Source of the DNA: Candidatus Latescibacterota bacterium
Lineage (GTDB): Bacteria; Latescibacterota; UBA2968; UBA8231
DNA length: 64,000 bases
Reading direction: 5' to 3'
Assembly (NCBI GenBank): GCA_965208105.1
Contig: OZ242318.1
Span: 1 to 64,000, forward strand
The notes beneath the pieces were generated by a model. It had not been told where the DNA came from, searched no databases, and worked only from the letters and a program-made list of their open reading frames with translations. Within the stretch, counting starts at the first letter, position 1; each line of letters starts with the position of its first letter. This document shows positions 8,497-16,935 of this stretch, in pieces. The translations under genes were made by a program, and so were the position numbers.

Positions 8497-9435
8497 TCAG
8501 GACTCGATCGCCCCGGCCATCGACCACCGCTCCCAGCCGACGTGCTCGTGCATGGGGTCGAAGAGGGGAGGATGGAAGATCTCCGCCAGAATCCGGGCGG
8601 AATCTACCAGGCGCGGACCCGGACGGTTGAAGAACTGGTTGCCGTCGGTGAGGAACACCTGCCCCTGCTGCACGGCTTGCAGCCGCGACCAGGCCTGCTG
8701 TCCCCTCAGCGCGGGCAGCTCGCGCCGGCATCGGAGCATGTCGAAGCCGCAGGGCATCAGCACGATGAGATCCGGCTGAGCCTTCTCCAGGGCTTTCCAC
8801 GACAGACAGGAGGAATGTTCGCCCGGGGCCGAAAAGAGGTTGAGGCCGCCGGCTATCTGGACCAGTTCGGGGACCCAGTTGGCAGCGGCCATCAGAGGCT
8901 CGAACCACTCGATGCAGGCGACCCGCGGACGAGGGTTGACATGGCGCGTGCGGCCGGCGATTTGATCGAGCCGGACCTTCAATCCGGCAACCAGGGCGCG
9001 GCCCCTGTCCTCGACCCCGAGGGCTGCGGCCACTCGCTCGATATCGGTCCAGACATCGGCCAGATAGTTTGGCTCAAGGGCCAGAATGGAAGGGCGCGAC
9101 CGCAGCAACTGGCAGGCGGCCTCTTCAACCTCTTTGAGACTGACGGCACATACTTCGCACTGTGATTGGGTCACCAGCCAGTCCGGCGCCAGCCGGTCGA
9201 GGAGGTCGGCATCCACCCGGTACACCGAGACCGCCTCCTGCAGGATGGCTTTGACCCGCTGGTCGATCTGGTAGGAGGTCCCGTCAGGGTCGAATTTCGG
9301 TGCGGTGCATGCGGGCAGATCGGCGATCCCCGGCGGATAGTCGCACTCGTGGGATCGGCCCACCAGACGGTCTCCGCAGCCGAGAGCGCAGACGATTTCG
9401 GTGCTGCTGGGCAAAAGGGAAACGATGCGGTTCAT
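8497..9435 (-). CDS. Cobalamin-binding (BtuF-like) protein with no obvious signal peptide
   Basis: RIVSLLPSSTEIVCALG...GRSHECDYP...QCEVCAV...FNRPGPRL; last gene of the B12 cluster. Confidence 0.85.
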   Translation of the reverse strand: MNRIVSLLPSSTEIVCALGCGDRLVGRSHECDYPPGIADLPACTAPKFDPDGTSYQIDQRVKAILQEAVSVYRVDADLLDRLAPDWLVTQSQCEVCAVSLKEVEEAACQLLRSRPSILALEPNYLADVWTDIERVAAALGVEDRGRALVAGLKVRLDQIAGRTRHVNPRPRVACIEWFEPLMAAANWVPELVQIAGGLNLFSAPGEHSSCLSWKALEKAQPDLIVLMPCGFDMLRCRRELPALRGQQAWSRLQAVQQGQVFLTDGNQFFNRPGPRLVDSARILAEIFHPPLFDPMHEHVGWERWSMAGAIES

Positions 9436-10397
9436 GTGCTGAGCCTCCAGATGGCCAGCGCCGTCGCGGCGGCGAAGATCAGGCAGGTTGTGGTGACGAA
9501 GATGCAGGCTCGGGGAATGTCGCCGGGGCGGCCGCCTTCGGGATCCTCGTGGAGACCAAGCCAGACATCGGTTAGGCGCACGCCTCCCTGCCAGATCGGT
9601 CCGGCGAGGCGGCATTGCAGCGCGCCGGCCGTTGCGGCCTCGCTCCAACCTGAGTTGGGGCCGGGAACCAGTCCGTGCTGGCGCCAACCCACCGACAGAG
9701 CCTTGCGCGAGGAGCAACCCGGAAGCAACCAGGCAACCAGGACCATCAACCAGAAGGTGAGACGAGCGGGCAAGTAGTTGAACAGGTCATCGAGGCGTGC
9801 GCCGCACCAGCCGAAGCGGACATAGTTCGGAGTTTTGTTGCCCACCACTGAATCCATGGTGCTGATCACCTTGAACAGGACGATGCCAGGTAGTCCCAGA
9901 AGGGCGTACCAGAAGAGAGGCGATATGAATCCGTCCACCGCGTTTTCGCCCAGGCTTTCCATCCCTGCCCGGCGGCACGCAGCCGCGTCCATCCGGGCGG
10001 TATCCCGCGCAACCAGCTTGGCCGCCGCCCGCCGCGCCGCAGCCAGGTCGAGGGCGCTGGCGGCGCGGTCGATGTTCAGTCCGTGCCTGCACAGGTCTCC
10101 CAGCGCCAGAAGGCTGTAGAGGACGTAGAGGTGAAAAACCGAGACGAGAACCGGCGACACCTGTCCAAGCGCCCAGGCGGCGGCCACCACCAGTCCCAGG
10201 CAGAGGAAACTCAGCCCGGCAAAGAGCAGACAGCCGCCGAAATATCCGTCCAGCCGCAGGCGCCGAAGGACTGCCTCGATCCTGGCAAGGGCCGCCCCTG
10301 CCAGCCGGACGGGGTGCAGGGCGTAAACCGGATCTCCTACCGCTCCGTCCAGGACCACGGCCAGCAGCAGGAGAAGGGGATCCGGGGTCAGGTCCAT
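9432..10397 (-). CDS. cbiB: Adenosylcobinamide-phosphate synthase CbiB (CobD)
   Basis: GDP..HPV, ESLGEN.VDG, STMDS.VG, ARLDD..NY.PAR and PNSGW.EA motifs. Confidence 0.93.
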   Translation of the reverse strand: MDLTPDPLLLLLAVVLDGAVGDPVYALHPVRLAGAALARIEAVLRRLRLDGYFGGCLLFAGLSFLCLGLVVAAAWALGQVSPVLVSVFHLYVLYSLLALGDLCRHGLNIDRAASALDLAAARRAAAKLVARDTARMDAAACRRAGMESLGENAVDGFISPLFWYALLGLPGIVLFKVISTMDSVVGNKTPNYVRFGWCGARLDDLFNYLPARLTFWLMVLVAWLLPGCSSRKALSVGWRQHGLVPGPNSGWSEAATAGALQCRLAGPIWQGGVRLTDVWLGLHEDPEGGRPGDIPRACIFVTTTCLIFAAATALAIWRLST

Positions 10398-11515
10398 TTG
10401 AGCTTCCAACCCAGGGCTACGGCGTCTACGACCACTTGCATCGGATCGCCCGGATCGACCTCGAGCTCCCGCCAGCACAGCGGCCATGAGTCCGGACGGG
10501 CGGCCAGGCAGGAAGCCAGGACCGCTCCCTGCTGCCGCAGGACGGCAGCCGCATGTAAAGTGGGAAGTGCGCCATAGCGCACCCGGTCCCACACCGCGGC
10601 GAACGCGAAGGCGGCGGCGGCCGCCCCCGGTTCCCATAGGACGGCAAGGCGGTTTTGATCAAGCAGGGCGTAGGAATCCTCGTCGAGTCGTTCCTTCAGA
10701 GCCGCCATGAGGCGCGGTTCGTCCAGGTCGAAGCGGCGCAGCGCATAGGGGATGCTGCGGGTGCGGGATGGCTCCAGGCCGTTCTGCCAGAGAAGCGCTT
10801 CCCTGGTGGCTCTGCGCACGGCCCGGCCGATAAGCTCGCCGAGTTTCGCGTGGTGGCCCGTGTTGGTTTTGGGGACTCGTGGGTCGATGGGCGCGGCGAT
10901 GGCGTACTGGTCCGTGCCCGTTCCGGTGGCCAGATTCGGGGAGAACCGGCTGGAAACCGCCAGTTCCTGCAAGGCGCTGGTTTTCGCTTCGGTGAGGGTG
11001 ATCGCAGCCTGGGCAATGGCGGCTGGCGTCAGGGGCCAGTCAATGTGCAGCAGCACGTTGATGGTGCCCACACGGGGATCAATCTGGTTCCAGCCCTCTT
11101 CTCCTTCGTGCCACCGGGCGGGGTCTCCCGCCCTGCCTGCATTGCCCTCCACACCTGCGGTCACTACCGCCCGCACCTGGATGCCAGCGAATTCTTCGCG
11201 GGTCAGGACCGCGTGATTCATGTTGGCGGCGGTGCCCAACAGCGCTACCGCATCGGGATCCAGCCCCATCTCGGCGCAGGTTTCGCGGTGGTAGTCGGCT
11301 TCGCCAAGGCGCTTGAGGCGCCGCAGGCGCTCCTGGTGGCCGCGGCCTTCGCAACTCTGGTGATTGACCAGGTAGCGCAGGTCCTCGCGCTGGCCGCCGC
11401 CGTGGGCGGAGGTGCAAAGCACCCGGTGCGGCTTCAGCAATTCCACCACCAGGAACCGGCCTTCTCGCCCGACTGTGCAGAGCTCTTCAGCGGCAAGGAT
11501 GTCGCTTGGTTTCAA
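10388..11515 (-). CDS. cbiZ: Adenosylcobinamide amidohydrolase CbiZ
   Basis: GTAANM, TAGVEGNA, GTIN, TEAKT, ATGTGTD and GHHAKLGE motifs. TTG start overlaps the upstream TGA. Confidence 0.88.
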   Translation of the reverse strand: MKPSDILAAEELCTVGREGRFLVVELLKPHRVLCTSAHGGGQREDLRYLVNHQSCEGRGHQERLRRLKRLGEADYHRETCAEMGLDPDAVALLGTAANMNHAVLTREEFAGIQVRAVVTAGVEGNAGRAGDPARWHEGEEGWNQIDPRVGTINVLLHIDWPLTPAAIAQAAITLTEAKTSALQELAVSSRFSPNLATGTGTDQYAIAAPIDPRVPKTNTGHHAKLGELIGRAVRRATREALLWQNGLEPSRTRSIPYALRRFDLDEPRLMAALKERLDEDSYALLDQNRLAVLWEPGAAAAAFAFAAVWDRVRYGALPTLHAAAVLRQQGAVLASCLAARPDSWPLCWRELEVDPGDPMQVVVDAVALGWKLKWT

Positions 11516-12555
11516 TGCTCCCGCTTCCCGCGGTAAACAGGGGAATCCGCTTTCTCGCGTTTCAAGTGCGCCACCGTTTCGTACAGTGTCCCGCAGGTAC
11601 GACCGCCCGTCGCCGAGTGCAGGCGCCAGGCGGTGCCGTCCTTCCCGTGGAGGATCTCGACGCGCGGAGGCGTCCCCTTGCTCCGGTCGACGCGAAAGCC
11701 AGCCCGTTCCAGGGCGCGCGCGGTCCACACGGCATCGAGCCCTTCGCCCGCCAGACCTATCTCGTCTTCAGGTTCCTTGCCCAGTTGGAAAGATCCCCTG
11801 GCCGGGTCGAATTGCATGTCCGCAAACGCTTCCTGGAAAGCTCCGCTCAGCACCAGGTCTTCAGGCGCCCCCGTTTGCAGCGGCCCGCCCGGCGGCAACA
11901 GCCAGAGGCGGTCGGCGCAGCGCAGGGCCAGGTCGAGATCGTGGGTGGAGAGCAGAACGGCACGGTCGCTTTCACCGGCGAGGCGACCCAGCAGTTGAAC
12001 GATTTCCGCCTTGCGCGGCAGGTCCAGATAGGCGGTGGGCTCGTCGAGGAGGAGGACCGCCGGTTCCTGGGCCATGGCCCGGGCAATCATCACCTTTTGC
12101 CTTTCGCCGTCGCTCAACTCGCCAAAGCTGCGGGAGGCCAGGTCCCTGGCTCCAACGGCTGAAATTGCCCAGCGCACCACTTTCTCGTCATGGGAGGCAA
12201 GGCGGCCGTGCCAGCCGGTGTAAGGATAGCGACCCAGGGCCACCAGGGCATGGACCGACAGGTTCCCGGTGTCAATCCGCTCGGTCAGGACGAGGCCCAT
12301 GCGCCGGGCCCGTTCCCCCTCGGTAAGGACGTCCAGAGCTCGTCCTTGGAGGTGCACACTTCCGGCCAGGGGCTTTTGCAGGCCGGCCAGGGTGCGCATG
12401 AGGGTGGATTTGCCGGCGCCGTTCGGACCCAGCAGGCAGACCAGCTCTCCCGTGAGCAGTTCCACCTCCAGGTCTGCGGCCAAAACCCTGGGTGGGACCC
12501 CCCTGCCGGCGTATCCGATGCTCAGGCCTCGAGAATTGAGAACGGGTGCTCCCAT
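11512..12555 (-). CDS. ABC transporter ATP-binding subunit (BtuD/FecE-like)
   Basis: GPNGAGKST, LSDGERQK, LLLDEPT and STHD motifs. Confidence 0.92.
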   Translation of the reverse strand: MGAPVLNSRGLSIGYAGRGVPPRVLAADLEVELLTGELVCLLGPNGAGKSTLMRTLAGLQKPLAGSVHLQGRALDVLTEGERARRMGLVLTERIDTGNLSVHALVALGRYPYTGWHGRLASHDEKVVRWAISAVGARDLASRSFGELSDGERQKVMIARAMAQEPAVLLLDEPTAYLDLPRKAEIVQLLGRLAGESDRAVLLSTHDLDLALRCADRLWLLPPGGPLQTGAPEDLVLSGAFQEAFADMQFDPARGSFQLGKEPEDEIGLAGEGLDAVWTARALERAGFRVDRSKGTPPRVEILHGKDGTAWRLHSATGGRTCGTLYETVAHLKREKADSPVYRGKREH

Positions 12556-12560
12556 CGCGT

Positions 12561-13649
12561 TCAGGCGGCAAAGGCCTGCCGCAGGTTGCGGCGGCGCAGG
12601 ATGATCCATGTGACCACCGGCGCCCCGATGAGGGCGGTGACCGCGTTGAGCGGCAAAGTGGCATCGCTGCCGGGCAGGCGCGCAACCAGGTCTGCAGCCA
12701 GGGCCAGCATGCCTCCCAGGAGCACGCATGCCGGAAGCAGGACGCGGTGGTCCGAGGTGTTGAAAAGGGCACGGCACAGGTGCGGGACGGCCACTCCCAA
12801 AAAGCCGATGGGACCACAGTAGGCGGTGACCGCCCCGGCCAGCAGCGCCGCGCTGGCAATGACCCACAGCCGCGCCCTCCGCGCGCCCAGACCCATGCTG
12901 CGGGCGTAGGTCTCCCCGAGGAGCAGGGCGTTGAGCGGTTTGACCATCAGAACGGAAATCCCCAGACCGGCCACCACGACCGGGGCCAGGTAGGTGAGCA
13001 GGCCCCAGGAAACCGCTCCAAAGCTGCCAAAGGTCCACAGGACGTAGGTCTGCACCTGCTCGGGTATGCTGAAATAGAGCAAAACGCTGACTAACGCACT
13101 GGTGAGATAACCGAACATGAGGCCGAGGATGAGCAAGGTCATGGTATTCTGCACCCGTCGTCCCACGAAAAGAACCAGACCAAGCACCGCCGCCGCACCG
13201 GCTACGGCCGCGCCGACCACGCCAATCTGGCCCAGAAGCCCAAGCCCCGCCAGGAGGCCGGCCCCGGTGACACCCGAGCCCAGTACCACCAACGCTACCC
13301 CGAGGCTGGCGCCGGCGCTGATTCCGAGGATGAAGGGGTCGGCGAGGGGATTGCGGAACAGGGTCTGCATCTGTAAGCCGCTGGTGCTGAGGGCGGCACC
13401 AGCCAATAGCGCCGTGAGCGCGCGGGGCAGGCGAATATCGTGGATGATATGGCTCCAACTTGGCTTCTGTCCTGTCTCTCCCCACAGGATGGAGACCACC
13501 GCATCGAGAGGAATGGAGACCGACCCAGAGACCAGGCTGAGGGCGAAAAATCCCGCCGCGGCGGCGGCCATCGCCAGGAAGAGCCCCCAGCGAGGGCCCC
13601 GCCCGGGCCAGGTGGCGGTCTGGCCTGTGGAAGTCGAACTGGTGGTCAC
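12561..13649 (-). CDS. ABC transporter permease (BtuC/FecCD family)
   Basis: IRLPR, QTLFRNPLADPFILGIS and GPIGFLG..VPH motifs. Confidence 0.93.
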   Translation of the reverse strand: MTTSSTSTGQTATWPGRGPRWGLFLAMAAAAAGFFALSLVSGSVSIPLDAVVSILWGETGQKPSWSHIIHDIRLPRALTALLAGAALSTSGLQMQTLFRNPLADPFILGISAGASLGVALVVLGSGVTGAGLLAGLGLLGQIGVVGAAVAGAAAVLGLVLFVGRRVQNTMTLLILGLMFGYLTSALVSVLLYFSIPEQVQTYVLWTFGSFGAVSWGLLTYLAPVVVAGLGISVLMVKPLNALLLGETYARSMGLGARRARLWVIASAALLAGAVTAYCGPIGFLGVAVPHLCRALFNTSDHRVLLPACVLLGGMLALAADLVARLPGSDATLPLNAVTALIGAPVVTWIILRRRNLRQAFAA

Positions 13650-13655
13650 GGCGCC

Positions 13656-14813
13656 TCAGTCCAGTTTTCGATAGAATGTGAGCGCGTGCTCAGGCAGCCG
13701 GTCCGGATACAGAATCTTGATGAAGTCGGCCAGCACGATGTGAGGTTGGACCAGGCCGCCTTCCCAATAGTCGTTGCCTCCATGGGCGTTGAGCCTGGCG
13801 TTGGCGTTGTAGACCTTTCCTTCGTTGAAGGCGGCGAATGCGGTGTAGCGCTCGTCGGCCGCCCGTACGTCCGCCAGCGAGTGCCATGCATTGCGCATAA
13901 TCAGCCAAACGTCGGCAGCGTGGGCTTTTTCGTAGACGGCCTCGAAGTCGAGGGGGAGGCTGCCCCTGGTCTCGTCGTCTGCCCACAGGTATGCGCCTCC
14001 CGCAGCGGAGACCAGCTGCGCCGCATAGCTCCTGCCCCCGGCGACGTGCCAGACGTCGCGCCACAGGGAGCCGCCGAATACCGTGGGACGCCGGGCAGCC
14101 GGAACATTCTGCACCAGTGCAGCGTAATCGTTGTACTGATCAACGATGGTCTCAAAGCGTCTCTCCGCCAGTGCCTCGGCGTTGAGAAAGGCCGCGGTAA
14201 ACTTGAGCCACTCGGTGCGCCCCAGAAGCGACGGCTCGGTGTACTCGGCGTTGATGGCCACGGCCACCCCCGCCCGCTGCAGGGCGGGGTGGGCATTGTG
14301 CTGGGATTGAGCCATGGCAACGGTCGTAACGAGGTCGGTCTCCAGGTCCACCACGAGTTCGAGATTGACCCCGGCGCCGTGGCCGATTTCAGCGATTTTA
14401 CCGGCCGCATGGCGCTGGTTGACTCCGGGGGAATTCACCATTTCAATGTCGCTGACTCCGACCAGGATTTCGAGGGCGTCCAGCAACTCGAGGTGCGGCA
14501 ATTGAGTGGTGGACAGCACCGCGAGGCGGCGGACGGGAACGGTGATGCGCTGTATGCCGTCGAACCCTTCCGGTGCGGGAGTGCCGCACTGAACCAGCAG
14601 GTAGTCGACCCCTTCCTTCGCGCCGGGCCAGGGGGCGCGCACGGTGACCAGCTTGTAGTTGTTGAAGTACTCGATCGAAAAGCTCTCGGCGTACCTGAGC
14701 TCGGCCTTGCCTGGGAAATAGTCCTTGGCCGGATCGTAGACCTCCACGCAATCCGCCCAGGCCGCCGTCGACGCGCCCAGAACCAGCCACGCCAAAGAAA
14801 TCACCTTGCCCAT
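13656..14813 (-). CDS. ABC transporter periplasmic binding protein (cobalamin/Fe-siderophore class)
   Basis: Signal peptide; E.S.LGRTEWLKF, LDFEAV and NDYWEGG motifs; directly upstream of the permease. Confidence 0.9.
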   Translation of the reverse strand: MGKVISLAWLVLGASTAAWADCVEVYDPAKDYFPGKAELRYAESFSIEYFNNYKLVTVRAPWPGAKEGVDYLLVQCGTPAPEGFDGIQRITVPVRRLAVLSTTQLPHLELLDALEILVGVSDIEMVNSPGVNQRHAAGKIAEIGHGAGVNLELVVDLETDLVTTVAMAQSQHNAHPALQRAGVAVAINAEYTEPSLLGRTEWLKFTAAFLNAEALAERRFETIVDQYNDYAALVQNVPAARRPTVFGGSLWRDVWHVAGGRSYAAQLVSAAGGAYLWADDETRGSLPLDFEAVYEKAHAADVWLIMRNAWHSLADVRAADERYTAFAAFNEGKVYNANARLNAHGGNDYWEGGLVQPHIVLADFIKILYPDRLPEHALTFYRKLD

Positions 14814-14864
14814 CAAACGCCTTCCCCAGGAATCGACCCCACCAGGTCGAGGTTGAAAATCCGC

Positions 14865-15431
14865 TTACTCATCGGCCGCGCCCTCTCCCGGCTTCCACAG
14901 CACGTCCGCCTTGCCTCCGTCGTTGGACTCCCGAGCCATGGCGAACAGCAAGTCCGAGAGCCGGTTGAGATAGGTGAGTACCGGCGCCTCCACCTGCTCT
15001 TGCTCTGCCAGTTCCCAGGCTGCGCGCTCGGCGCGCCGGCACACCGTGCGGGCAAGGTGGAGCCAGGCGGCGGGCAGCCTTCCACCGGGCAGGACGAAGC
15101 TCCGCAGGGGAGCCAGACCCTCCGTCAGTTGGTCGATCTGCGCCTCCAGATAGTGGGCCTGCTTTTCTTGCAGACGCAGGCGGCCGTCTTCGGCGTCCGG
15201 CTTCGGGACGCACAAATCTGCCCCCAGGTCGAACAGGTCGTTCTGCACCCGGTCGAGGACCGCGTCGTGCCCGGCGCCGTTTGCACGGGCAAGTCCGATC
15301 ACCGAGTTCAGCTCGTCCACGCATCCATAGGCAGCGATACGGGGGCTCGTCTTGGGTACTTGCGACATATCGCCCAGGCGCGTCAAACCGCCGTCCCCGG
15401 TCTTCGTGTAGAGCTTGGATAGAGTAACCAT
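14865..15431 (-). CDS. PduO-type cob(I)alamin adenosyltransferase
   Basis: KLYTKTGDGG.T, YG.VDELNS, QNDLFDLGADL, RTVCRRAER and YLNRLSD motifs. Confidence 0.95.
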   Translation of the reverse strand: MVTLSKLYTKTGDGGLTRLGDMSQVPKTSPRIAAYGCVDELNSVIGLARANGAGHDAVLDRVQNDLFDLGADLCVPKPDAEDGRLRLQEKQAHYLEAQIDQLTEGLAPLRSFVLPGGRLPAAWLHLARTVCRRAERAAWELAEQEQVEAPVLTYLNRLSDLLFAMARESNDGGKADVLWKPGEGAADE

Positions 15432-15442
15432 TCCCCTGCCTT

Positions 15443-16852
15443 TCATTTGATTAACATCACTTTTGCCGCCGCGATATGGTGGCCGGCGCGCAACTGAACG
15501 AAGTAAGCTCCGTTCCCCATTGCCTTCCCGGCAGCATCGAGACCATCCCATTGGAATACGTGCCGACCAGCTTGCACCCCGCCACGGGTCATCGTGCGGA
15601 CGCGGCGGCCCAGAATGTCGCGGACGGTCAATTCGACGCGGCTGTCGGCCTGCCGGACCACAATGGGAATCTGCACCGAGGCGTTGAAGGGATTGGGATA
15701 GGCCGCTTCGAGCGTGAATTCCTGGGGCAGTCCCGCATCCGCGGTATCCTCCACCGCAGTGGGAGTTGTAGCGTCGCCCAAGACCACGATATGCTGCGGC
15801 GGAAGGCCTGTATCGATGGGGCCGTTCAAAAATGCCCCGGTTCCGGCGTCGTAGAACTTGAGACCGGCGCTGGCGGGGTCGGAAAAAGAGCCCCGGTCGG
15901 CGACGATCAGGCGATCGCCGTCTGCGGCCAGATTGGGGATATAACCGCCGCTGATGTTTTCCAGGGGCGCTCCGACGACGCCGCTGGAGAGCTCGAAAGG
16001 CCTGACGCTGTTGGCGAAGTTCTCATCCGCCACCACGGCATAGCCCCGGTTTTCATTGACGAGTACCATGGTCGTGATGTCTCCGCCCAGGTCCTCCTCG
16101 GTGACAGCCAATCCCAGGCTGCGGTTGGTCTCGGTATCGATGATTTCCACTCCGCCGGAGCGGTCGCCGAAGTTAACCACCACGCCCACGGCGATCCGCT
16201 CGCCGACTACCGCCATGCTGTTGGGGTTGGAGGCGGTCAATGCGATCCCCTGTACGCCCTCGGCCTCCGGGTCCACGTCGACCAGGGTATCAGTCGCCAG
16301 ATCGACGACGATCAGGTAGCTGACGTCGGCCGGTCCCCAGCCGCCGTTGCGGTCCAGGCGCTGGCAGCTCAAGTAGAGGTGGTCACCGACGCGTGCGATC
16401 TGCGAGACCTCGGGCAGCCCGTCGGCGTCGGCGAAGGCGCTCAGATCGATCTGGCCCAATTCCCCGCCGTCCCGGGGATCCACGATGAGCAGGGACGTGG
16501 CCTCATAGCGCGTCACGTAGGCCTTGTCGGGTGCGACGACTTCAATGTCGTGGGGGTTCGTACCATTCCCCACCGAAAACTGAGTCAGCGGGGTCCGCAA
16601 ATCCATCGCGTCCAATACCAGGATATTGTCCTGCCCCAGGCGGTTGATGACATAGACGCGGCCCTCGTGGTAGTGTCCCACTGCGTCCGAGTGGATGCCC
16701 AACAGATTCACCTCGGCCTCGGCCGCGTTTGCGCCTAAAAATGTCGTGCTGCCGGTGGAAAAATCCGTGGTGATGACAAAGAGGTTGCTCTGGGCAGACG
16801 AAGAGCTGGCCAGCAGCGCGAGAGAAAAAGCCAGAATGGAAATGCGATACAC
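15443..16852 (-). CDS. Secreted YncE/BtuG-like beta-propeller with C-terminal FlgD-Ig/T9SS-type sorting domain
   Basis: Sec signal peptide; repeated beta-blade motifs (VYVINR, NPHDI, KAYVTRY, GYAVV); C-terminus FTLEAAYPNPFN...GRRVRT...WDG.D..G...NGAYF. Confidence 0.75.
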   Translation of the reverse strand: MYRISILAFSLALLASSSSAQSNLFVITTDFSTGSTTFLGANAAEAEVNLLGIHSDAVGHYHEGRVYVINRLGQDNILVLDAMDLRTPLTQFSVGNGTNPHDIEVVAPDKAYVTRYEATSLLIVDPRDGGELGQIDLSAFADADGLPEVSQIARVGDHLYLSCQRLDRNGGWGPADVSYLIVVDLATDTLVDVDPEAEGVQGIALTASNPNSMAVVGERIAVGVVVNFGDRSGGVEIIDTETNRSLGLAVTEEDLGGDITTMVLVNENRGYAVVADENFANSVRPFELSSGVVGAPLENISGGYIPNLAADGDRLIVADRGSFSDPASAGLKFYDAGTGAFLNGPIDTGLPPQHIVVLGDATTPTAVEDTADAGLPQEFTLEAAYPNPFNASVQIPIVVRQADSRVELTVRDILGRRVRTMTRGGVQAGRHVFQWDGLDAAGKAMGNGAYFVQLRAGHHIAAAKVMLIK

Positions 16853-16935
16853 GATATTCCTCCTTGGTTAGTGGTTGGTTAAAGGAGCAATGAAGAATCC
16901 CGCCGGCCCAACCAATTTGGCTGCCGGGGGCTGCT

